Of a stretch of DNA of 22,968 nt, positions 13,528 through 22,968 are shown one piece after another. The DNA is from Candidatus Eiseniibacteriota bacterium (GTDB taxonomy: Bacteria > Eisenbacteria > RBG-16-71-46): assembly GCA_041483195.1 (NCBI GenBank), contig JBGPFC010000049.1, forward strand, positions 1-22,968, written 5' to 3'. Each line of letters starts with the position of its first letter. The stretch's first letter is position 1. The notes beneath the pieces were generated by a model. The model made no database searches. It saw only the letters and a program-made list of their open reading frames with translations, and had not been told where the DNA came from. A program made the position numbers and the translations under genes.

Positions 13528-14526
13528 TCAGCGCTTGGTGGCGATGACGAGGTAACGGTCCGCCAGGCGGAGCGCCAACGATCCGAGCGCGGCGCCCACG
13601 GCGTTGATCAGCGGCAGCAACGGACTGCGCCCGTATCCGAAATGCGCGCGCGCCGAGGCGTCGAAGCCGAGCTCGCGCAGGCGCCCCGCGATCGCCCGCG
13701 GATCGAGTGGCTCCTCGTTGCGCTGGCCGTCCTCGGGACGCCGCTGGCTCATGCCGCGACGATAGGCGTGACCGGGCAGCGCGCCGGTCTCGAAGTAGCT
13801 CCGGCAGGCCGCGATCAGCTCGTCCCCGCCGAGCCCGGCGGTGCGCAGCCCGAGCTGGAAGATGTCGTCGTCCCTCGCTTCCGGAAAGCGGCGACGGATC
13901 ATCGCCCACCTCCGGAACAGATACGGCAGGTTCTTGCCCGGGGCGAATCGCCCGGCCGTGAACGGGCCGGTCTCTGACTCCTCCCAGAAATCGAGAATGT
14001 GGCCCTTCACGCGCGGGTTCGCGCCGTTGTTGCCGTCGGCGATGATCAGGCGGCCGCCGGGCCTCACGACGCGCGTCATCTCCGCGAGAAACGCGCCCCA
14101 GTCGTGGAAGTGCGAGATCGCCTCGGTGCAGTAGGCGAGCGAAACGGTCGCCGCCCCGAGCGAGGTGCCGGCGATGTCACCATGCTGCGCGCGGATCGGA
14201 AGCGAAAAGCGCGTCGCGACCTCGTTCAGTCCGTGCACGTTGTCTGGGAAGAAGTCGATGGCCTCCACGCGCTCCGCGCCCAGCAGCGCGAACATGACCG
14301 AGTAGATTCCGGTGCCGGCGCCGGCGTCGAGAACCGTCCCGCCGCGCGGATCGCATCGCGCGACGCGCAGCTCGTACTCGAGCAGGCGCGTCCGCCGCGC
14401 GCCGAGCACGGGATCCGCCAGCACGCGGTACTTCGCGCGAAACGTCTCGGGGACCCCGGGCAGGGCCGCGACGAACGCGTCTAGATCGCGAAGGCGGTTC
14501 TGGTGAGTGGAGAAGAGGTCCGGCAC
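13528..14526 (-). CDS. Class I SAM-dependent methyltransferase, 332 aa
   Basis: Motif I VLDAGAGTG, acidic residue in AIDF, and EAISHF...LAEMTRVVRPGGRLII; GTG start 3 nt after the upstream stop. Confidence 0.88.
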   Translation of the reverse strand: MPDLFSTHQNRLRDLDAFVAALPGVPETFRAKYRVLADPVLGARRTRLLEYELRVARCDPRGGTVLDAGAGTGIYSVMFALLGAERVEAIDFFPDNVHGLNEVATRFSLPIRAQHGDIAGTSLGAATVSLAYCTEAISHFHDWGAFLAEMTRVVRPGGRLIIADGNNGANPRVKGHILDFWEESETGPFTAGRFAPGKNLPYLFRRWAMIRRRFPEARDDDIFQLGLRTAGLGGDELIAACRSYFETGALPGHAYRRGMSQRRPEDGQRNEEPLDPRAIAGRLRELGFDASARAHFGYGRSPLLPLINAVGAALGSLALRLADRYLVIATKR

Positions 14527-14529
14527 CGG

Positions 14530-16449
14530 TCAGGGCGAAGCGGACAAGTCTCTCACCGCCCCGGGCGGCGTGCCGTCGTTGGCTCGGGTCGTAGCGGTCA
14601 CCACGTTGCTCATCCCCGACCAGTTCCCCGCCTCGTCCCGGGCGCGCAGCGCGAAATAGTAGGTGGTGTTCGGAGTGAGCCCCAGCAGCACGTAGGCCTG
14701 GCCGCTGCCACCGCGCGCCGACGGATCGGGGTATGGCGTGAAGATCGGCGCGCTGGCAAAGTTCGAGGCGTCGATCGGCTGGTTCGACCAGCGCAGCTCG
14801 TAGGCGGTGACCTGCCCGCTCATGCCGTCGTCGCCCGGCGCGATCCAGCTCAGCAGGGCGCTGTTGTCCAGCACCTGGCTGATGGTGAAGGTGGTGACGT
14901 CCGCGGGGGGCGTGACGTCGGGGCCCACGGTCGCGTAGGGGATCGCGCCGATGTCCGAGCCCCCGAACCCCGCGCCGATCGCCGGCGAGCCAACGCGCAG
15001 GCGCGGGTCGAATCCGGTGAATGTGGAATCGACGAACCGCGGCGATGCGTAGGGCGAGTTCGCGTCCTCGCCGACCGCGGCGTACCACGGATGGCCGGTG
15101 CCGGGCGCGGAATACGTCGCAGCGCCGCTGTTCACGCCGAAGCGGATCGCGCGGCTGTTCGCGTATCCGGGGAGATAGTAGAGATTGCGGTCGCTCGTGA
15201 GCGCGTTGGTCAGGCTGCTGAGCTGCCAGCTGATGGCGCACTCGCTGCCCGCCGAGCCCGGGACCAGCCCGTAGATGAGGTTGTTGGTGAAGCGGAGCGA
15301 TCCGCTGGGCGGAAACGCGTCGCCAAAGGTGCCGACCCCGACCGGGAACTCGACCACTCCGTATCGCGAATTACCGAGGAACGTGCAGTGATCGACGAGC
15401 GTCGCGCCGTTTTCGATGCTCAGGCATTGGAACGCCTTGTCGAGGCTGTCGATCACGACGCAATTGCGCAGCGTATCGCGGCGCGAGCCGTTCTGGTAGA
15501 AGAGCGCAACGTCGCCACCGGTGACGCTCGACTTCAGGAACAGGCCCTCGAAGTAGTTCTGGTCGGTGGTGCCCGGCCAGCTGCCGGCCGACGACGGCGC
15601 GTAGCGCACGTTGTAGCCCGTGAGCAGGATGGTGTCGCGGTAGACACGGTTGTACATGGTGGAATCGCGCCAGCGGAACAGGTGATTGGCGTTGTGCTCG
15701 CTGCGCACGCTCCACTTGTTGTCGGCGAACACGCACCACTTCATGTAGAAGGCGATGAACGGATCGGTCTCGGCCACGATGTTGGCGGAGAGCGTGATGT
15801 CGACCTTGTTGCTGTCGATCACGCAGTGCTGGGCGCCCTTGATCATGACGATGTGATTGCCCGAAACCTCGCTGCGCCCCAGGACCATCGTGCAGCCGCG
15901 CACCGTGTCGCGCTCGGGGATGGTGAAAGAGGCCACCGGCACCGAGGGCACGGCGAGCGTGAAGTGACCGTCGCCGCCCGTCACGCGCAGGCGGTAGGCC
16001 ATGCAGTCCTTCGCCTGGTTCATGTTCAGGTCGTTGTCGACGTTGCACCACGCGACCGAGTCGAACTGCGCGTATTGAGTCGCGCTGCTTCGATCGAGCG
16101 AGCAATTGCCGGCGATCCGCAGGCCCTTCACGCTGATGTACCGCCGCGTGAGGGTGAAGCTCTGGATCGCGCTCAGATCGGGATTGGCGAGGCTGCCCAG
16201 GTAGGTGATTCGCGCATTCGCGGTGCCATCGCGTGCGGGGGCGGCCGTGGAGGAGTAGGTGCCGGGCGCGAGACGGACGACGTCACCGGCCTGCGCCTGG
16301 CTGTTCGCGGTCGAAAGCGCGCACGGGCTTCCGGGTGAGCAGGCCGTCCCGGAGCCGGTCGGGCTCACGTCGAGCGTGGCCGCCCCGGCCTGCAGGGCGG
16401 CGCCCAGCCCCATCGCGAGCACGAATCCCTTCAGAGCCACCGACTTCAT
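14530..16449 (-). CDS. Secreted protein with pectin-lyase-like parallel beta-helix and C-terminal fibronectin type III domain, 639 aa
   Basis: Signal peptide after GGAGG, VSPTGSGTACSPGSPC...AQAGDVVRLAPGTY N-cap, LRVGSPAIGAG...DIGA tail, then FN3 (LSWIAPGDDG...YELRWS...GLTPNTTYYFALRARDEAGNWS). Confidence 0.85.
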   Translation of the reverse strand: MKSVALKGFVLAMGLGAALQAGAATLDVSPTGSGTACSPGSPCALSTANSQAQAGDVVRLAPGTYSSTAAPARDGTANARITYLGSLANPDLSAIQSFTLTRRYISVKGLRIAGNCSLDRSSATQYAQFDSVAWCNVDNDLNMNQAKDCMAYRLRVTGGDGHFTLAVPSVPVASFTIPERDTVRGCTMVLGRSEVSGNHIVMIKGAQHCVIDSNKVDITLSANIVAETDPFIAFYMKWCVFADNKWSVRSEHNANHLFRWRDSTMYNRVYRDTILLTGYNVRYAPSSAGSWPGTTDQNYFEGLFLKSSVTGGDVALFYQNGSRRDTLRNCVVIDSLDKAFQCLSIENGATLVDHCTFLGNSRYGVVEFPVGVGTFGDAFPPSGSLRFTNNLIYGLVPGSAGSECAISWQLSSLTNALTSDRNLYYLPGYANSRAIRFGVNSGAATYSAPGTGHPWYAAVGEDANSPYASPRFVDSTFTGFDPRLRVGSPAIGAGFGGSDIGAIPYATVGPDVTPPADVTTFTISQVLDNSALLSWIAPGDDGMSGQVTAYELRWSNQPIDASNFASAPIFTPYPDPSARGGSGQAYVLLGLTPNTTYYFALRARDEAGNWSGMSNVVTATTRANDGTPPGAVRDLSASP

Positions 16450-16489
16450 TCGATTCCTCCCGATGGGACGATAAACCCCAGCCACCCCG

Positions 16490-16505
16490 AGCAGGTTCCG
16501 TGCCT
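16490..16505 (-). promoter_or_regulatory. Putative sigma54 -24/-12 promoter
   Basis: Minus strand AGGCACG-GAAC-CTGCT versus consensus TGGCACG-N4-TTGCW; exact GG-N10-GC, 40 nt upstream of ATG 16449. Confidence 0.55.
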
Positions 16506-16635
16506 CGGAACAACCCGCCCCCCGCCTTGCGTTCCAATCACTTATCAGTCGCGCCCAGGGACCGCTGAACGCTTCGCCCGATTCGCCGTCCGGCGACGGG
16601 CAGCTTGCACGAGCACCGCGGGTGCGGCCCCGGCG

Positions 16636-19239
<2,604 letters not shown>

Positions 19240-19272
19240 GCTTCGATGCCTCCACCTGCGGCGGCCGCGCGG

Positions 19273-19283
19273 AGGTTAGCACA
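19273..19283 (-). promoter_or_regulatory. Putative extended -10 promoter (TGTGCTAACCT) of clpB
   Basis: TGn-TAACCT 33 nt upstream of the clpB ATG. Confidence 0.5.
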
Positions 19284-19313
19284 GCGCGGAGGACGGCGGA
19301 GGCGGGGTCGCGA

Positions 19314-20810
19314 CTAGGCGGCGATGTCGAGGTACGGCAGCAGCAGGGGAAGCACGCGGCGTCCGAGCGGCGGGAACTCCATGACGAAGTAGACCGTCTC
19401 GCGCAGAGCATCCCAGCTCAAGTCCTGGCGATCCAGCTGGCGGGCGAGATCGAGCAGGGCGGCCCGGGCGCGCGCTCGATGACCGTCCGGCACACCCAGG
19501 CGATCCACCTCGGTCGCGAGTGCCGCGATGGCGAGCGCGACGCCCGAGCGCATGCCCGCCGTGGTGGGAGCGGGAGCGGGCTCAGGGCCCGGCGCGCGCC
19601 GCACCGGGCGCGGCAGCGACGTGAGCACCGGAGAGGTGCGGAGGAACTCCTCGGTCGCGCGCTCCGCGGCTTCCGAGTCTTCCGGCGCGTCGGCGTCCAA
19701 TGCTACGGCTTCGACTCCGGGCTCGACTTCATCCCGTGCCGAAGCCTCGGGAGGCACCGGGAGCGGGATGGGATCCGGCTCCACGTGCGTCGATTCCTGC
19801 GCGGGTTCGTCGGGCAACGAGGGGTCCCGATCGATCGTCGTGGGAGGAACCTGGAATTCTGGCAGCGTCACATCGTGGACCACTTGCGAAGGACGCCAGC
19901 GGCGGGCACGCGGTCCGGGTCGCTCGAGCGCCGGCGTACTCTCGGGAGCGGGCGCCTGGACGCGTGCGGCAGGGGGTTCGGACTCCGCGGTCGGAGCCAT
20001 CGCTTCGACCGAAGGGACCGGCGCCTCGGGAACGACGGGTGCGGCGACGGGACGCGGCGGCTCCGCGGCGACAGGACGCGGCGGTTCCGCGGCGACCGGG
20101 CGCGGCGGTTCCGCGACGACCGGGCGCGGCGGTTCCGCGGCGACGGGACGTGGTGGTTCCGCTGCCGCCGGAGCGTCGATGAACCCGAGCATGTCCTTGA
20201 GGCGCCCCCTGGCCCCGTTCTTCTTCGAGGATTTCCCATGGCGGTGCGTCACGCGTCCGGCATCGGGCGCGGGCTTCGCGGGTGCGGTCGGCGCCGTCAG
20301 CGTCGGGCTCGAGGCCTCGATCCGCGGCGGAGCGTCCTGTCCTGGCTCGTTCGAAGCGATTTCACGCGCGGCCTCGCGCGGCGCGGCGTCCCCGGCCGCC
20401 GGATCGCTCGAAACCGTGGGAGGAAGCTCGACGGTTGGGAAATCGTCCTCGGACGCGCCCGGGTCCTGTTCGGCGGAACGCGCGTCGGCCCGGGCTTCGG
20501 GCACGCCGGACTGGGCGATCTCATCGAGCAGGGCGCGCAGCATCGACATGGCTTCCCCGCAGCCGCGCTCGTAATACTCCCTCGTTTCCTTTTCGGTGGG
20601 CCTTCCCATCGGCGCCGAAAAAGGAACGCGGCGGAAGCGCTCGGACCGCGCGCTATCGCCCGGCCAGATCCGCTGGATGACGGTGAGTGTCGCCTGCCGC
20701 CACTGCTTGAAGTTGCTCGAGCGCACGCCGGCGTTGAAGAGTCCGCCGAGCTCTTCGAGCTGCTGCTCGAGCCGCTTGCTCGCGTTGCGGGCGACCGCGG
20801 GATCTTTCAC
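19314..20810 (-). CDS. Hypothetical protein: helical N- and C-terminal domains joined by a long Pro/Ala/Glu-rich linker, 498 aa
   Basis: GTG start after GAGGAG; globular-looking first ~100 and last ~75 aa; fills the gap between the oxidoreductase and clpB. Confidence 0.75.
   Translation of the reverse strand: MKDPAVARNASKRLEQQLEELGGLFNAGVRSSNFKQWRQATLTVIQRIWPGDSARSERFRRVPFSAPMGRPTEKETREYYERGCGEAMSMLRALLDEIAQSGVPEARADARSAEQDPGASEDDFPTVELPPTVSSDPAAGDAAPREAAREIASNEPGQDAPPRIEASSPTLTAPTAPAKPAPDAGRVTHRHGKSSKKNGARGRLKDMLGFIDAPAAAEPPRPVAAEPPRPVVAEPPRPVAAEPPRPVAAEPPRPVAAPVVPEAPVPSVEAMAPTAESEPPAARVQAPAPESTPALERPGPRARRWRPSQVVHDVTLPEFQVPPTTIDRDPSLPDEPAQESTHVEPDPIPLPVPPEASARDEVEPGVEAVALDADAPEDSEAAERATEEFLRTSPVLTSLPRPVRRAPGPEPAPAPTTAGMRSGVALAIAALATEVDRLGVPDGHRARARAALLDLARQLDRQDLSWDALRETVYFVMEFPPLGRRVLPLLLPYLDIAA
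20041..20160. repeat. Coding tandem repeat, 5 x 24 bp (encodes EPPRPV[A/V]A on the minus strand)
   Basis: Unit GCGGCGACGGGACGCGGCGGYTCC with mostly synonymous variation. Confidence 0.92.
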
Positions 20811-20879
20811 ACGCTCCTCGCTGCGCCGCGCGCGGGCGCGCCACCGGGGCCCGCGATCGCGCGTCGTTCCGCGAGATCG

Positions 20880-21488
20880 CTACCAGTCCGAGAATCGCTC
20901 TTCCTTCCAGGGATCGGCGGCATTGTGGTAGCCGTTCTGCTCCCAGAAACCGGGACGATCCTCGGACACCAGCTCGAAAGCGCGCACCCATTTGGCGCTC
21001 TTCCAGAAATAGCGGCGCGGAGCCACGAGACGCAGCGGCCATCCGTGCTCGGGCGTGAGTTCCGCACCGTCGTGTTTCTCTGCCAACAAGACGTCATCGT
21101 GCATCAGCTCCGCGAGCGGGAGGTTCGTGACGAATCCCTGCTCGGCGTGGATGATCGCGAACCGCGCCTCGGGTGAAGGCCTGGCGCTCGCGATCAGATC
21201 TCGCGCGCGCACACCTTCCCAGAGGTTGTCGAACCGGCTCCACCGCGTCACGCAGTGTATGTCGCTTCGCACCTGAACTCGCGGCAGCGCCCGCAATTCC
21301 TCCCAGGTCCAGCGCGCGGGCTTCTCCACCAACCCGTGCACTCTGAAATCCCAGCGCGACAGATCGACGCGAGGGACCGACCCGTAGTGCAACACGGGCC
21401 ATTTGTCGGTGACGATCTGGCCCGGCGGAAGCCTGGGCTCCTGCCGCGGACTGATGTGAATATCGGCCGGATCTGGCTTGGAATTCAT
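20880..21488 (-). CDS. Sulfite-oxidase-family molybdopterin-dependent oxidoreductase (YuiH-like, cytoplasmic), 202 aa
   Basis: RLPPGQ..KWPVLH, Mo-ligand Cys in DIHCVTRWS, EHGWPLRLVAPRRYFWKSAKW, GFWEQNGYH..DPWKEERF; no signal peptide. Confidence 0.92.
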   Translation of the reverse strand: MNSKPDPADIHISPRQEPRLPPGQIVTDKWPVLHYGSVPRVDLSRWDFRVHGLVEKPARWTWEELRALPRVQVRSDIHCVTRWSRFDNLWEGVRARDLIASARPSPEARFAIIHAEQGFVTNLPLAELMHDDVLLAEKHDGAELTPEHGWPLRLVAPRRYFWKSAKWVRAFELVSEDRPGFWEQNGYHNAADPWKEERFSDW

Positions 21489-21585
21489 GCGGGAGTTGAC
21501 CTCGCTCGAGCCGGCCACTTCTCGGGCCGGACTAAGACCAGGCGGCGCGTGCGGCGCCCGGAAGGTGGGCGCCGGTCTGACCATA

Positions 21586-22968
21586 TCAGAAGTCGGTCGA
21601 GACGCTGGCCACCACCGAGCGTCCGGGCTCATCCAGCGAGCCCAGCGGCTGGCGATAGCGGGCGTCGGTGAGGTTGCGTACTCCCAGCAGCACGCGCCGC
21701 GCGCCGAGCCGCGCCCCGGCGAACACATCGCCCGCCAGCCACTCGCTCTTGAAGCTCGAGAGCTGGCCAACCCCCGGGATCGGGGGCGGCAGGCGATTGG
21801 TGCGCCACGAGCCACGCGCGCTGCCCTCCACCCAGAACCGATCCCGCGCTTCGCTCCAGCGCAGCGCAGCGTTGCCGCGGAACGGCGGCACCGACTCCAG
21901 CGGCACCCGGTCGACATCGATCGCGTAGATCTTGCGGATCGCCTCGCGGCTGGTGATGTCGCCCACCGTGCCCGACATCGAGCTCCGCGCCGTCCAGCGC
22001 GGCAGGAAGCGCCACTCGCCTTCCAGCTCGCCGCCCCAGGTGGTCGCGGTCGCGACGTTCGTGTACTGGTAGGTGCCGGGCCCGGCCGGCAGCGCGTTGA
22101 TCAGATCGTCGAAGCGGGTGACGAACGCGTTGCCCGCGATCGCGAACGCTCCCGGCCCCCAGCGCAGCCCCGCGTCGTACGACACGCTGCGCTCCGGCTT
22201 CAGGTCGGGATTGCCGAGCACCGTGCCTACCGAGGCCGGACCGTTGAAGAACAGGTCCTGCGCGTTGGGCTCACGGTAACCGCTCGCCAGGTTGGCGGTG
22301 AGGTGCAGGTCGCGGATCGGGGTGTAGACCAGCCCCACCGAGCCGCTCGCCGCGTCGTCGTCCACCGACTTGGGTTGGAAGTAGGTAGCGGGCGAAGGGC
22401 CGGCCGCCGGTGAGTTGAGGCCGAGGTCGGTGCGGTAGCGGTAGTGGGTGTAGCGGCCGCCCGCCGACAGCGTCCACTGCGGCTGCAGATACCACTCGCT
22501 CTGCAGATAGCCGCCGTAGTTGGCGAACCGGCCGCGCGGCAGCGAGGCGGTGAGCCGCGCGCTGGTCGATGCTCCGCCGAATGGCCCGGCGCTGGGCGCA
22601 CCGCTCGCGTTGTACCAGTTGCGGAGCCGCAGGTTGTCGCCCCCGGTCTGGTCGCGCGCCGCGTCGAGCCCGGCGGTGAAGCGGGTCCACTTCGTCTTGA
22701 TCGAGGTCAGCTGCAGCTGCGTGCCCCAGGTCCGCAGATCGAAGTAGCGATCCTGCCGCTGCGTCAGACGCTGCGCGCTCGCGGAGGCGGGATTGAAGGT
22801 GCGATCGAAACCCAGGTACGGGTCGCGATAGAACATCGAGGAGTCCACCTCGTTGACGGAGAAGAAGTCGCGGTGCTCGCGCTGCCAGTACACCCGCGCC
22901 CGGGTGCCCGCCAGCCACGAGCTGCGATAGCCGTGGTCGAGCGTCAGGTGCGCGAAGTTGCGCTCGTA
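21586..22968 (-). CDS. TonB-dependent outer-membrane receptor, 5'-truncated by window edge
   Basis: Frame open to base 22968; amphipathic beta strands, GYREPN, GNPDLKPERS, GVRNLTDARY, PGRS and terminal Phe. Confidence 0.93.
   Translation of the reverse strand, partial: YERNFAHLTLDHGYRSSWLAGTRARVYWQREHRDFFSVNEVDSSMFYRDPYLGFDRTFNPASASAQRLTQRQDRYFDLRTWGTQLQLTSIKTKWTRFTAGLDAARDQTGGDNLRLRNWYNASGAPSAGPFGGASTSARLTASLPRGRFANYGGYLQSEWYLQPQWTLSAGGRYTHYRYRTDLGLNSPAAGPSPATYFQPKSVDDDAASGSVGLVYTPIRDLHLTANLASGYREPNAQDLFFNGPASVGTVLGNPDLKPERSVSYDAGLRWGPGAFAIAGNAFVTRFDDLINALPAGPGTYQYTNVATATTWGGELEGEWRFLPRWTARSSMSGTVGDITSREAIRKIYAIDVDRVPLESVPPFRGNAALRWSEARDRFWVEGSARGSWRTNRLPPPIPGVGQLSSFKSEWLAGDVFAGARLGARRVLLGVRNLTDARYRQPLGSLDEPGRSVVASVSTDF

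Noticed and set aside
19276..19302. CIRCE (HrcA) operator upstream of clpB
   Set aside because: Only TTAGCAC matches one half-site; no GAGTGCTAA follows 9 nt later. Better explained as an extended -10 on the minus strand.
20041..20160. 24-bp repeats as a CRISPR or iteron array
   Set aside because: Head-to-tail with no spacers, in frame within a CDS, and varying mostly at synonymous positions.
20880..21488. Calling the molybdoenzyme msrP (yedY)
   Set aside because: No Tat signal peptide, shorter than MsrP and no adjacent msrQ; it fits the cytoplasmic YuiH-like group.

Overview
High-GC bacterial chromosome segment. Two secreted proteins with FlgD-Ig/T9SS-like C-termini and a TonB-dependent receptor suggest a diderm FCB-related lineage such as Ca. 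Eisenbacteria (inference only). Bases 1-47 are the 3' part of tRNA-Lys(CTT). The following ~5.6 kb accessory region (48-5622) is split into three small modules by three more copies of the tRNA 3' end (951-984, 3355-3399, 5592-5622). Two of these copies are preceded by the same ~140-bp arm. No integrase is present. Cargo includes a GNAT acetyltransferase, a membrane protein, a secreted beta-propeller-like protein and several gene remnants (IS91 transposase, NHL repeat, frameshifted exported protein). The backbone carries a minus-strand operon of a PTS EIIA protein plus three divergent HyfE/NuoK-, NuoL- and NuoN-like membrane proteins; the NuoN-like one appears to lack the proton-pumping charged residues. 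Next come a small FlgD-Ig protein, a complete IS1380-family element with a 4-bp target duplication, a GAF-GGDEF diguanylate cyclase, a secreted beta-helix/FN3 protein paired with a SAM methyltransferase, clpB, a Pro-rich hypothetical protein, a sulfite-oxidase-family molybdoenzyme and the 3' part of a TonB-dependent receptor. All calls come from reading motifs by eye; no database searches were run.
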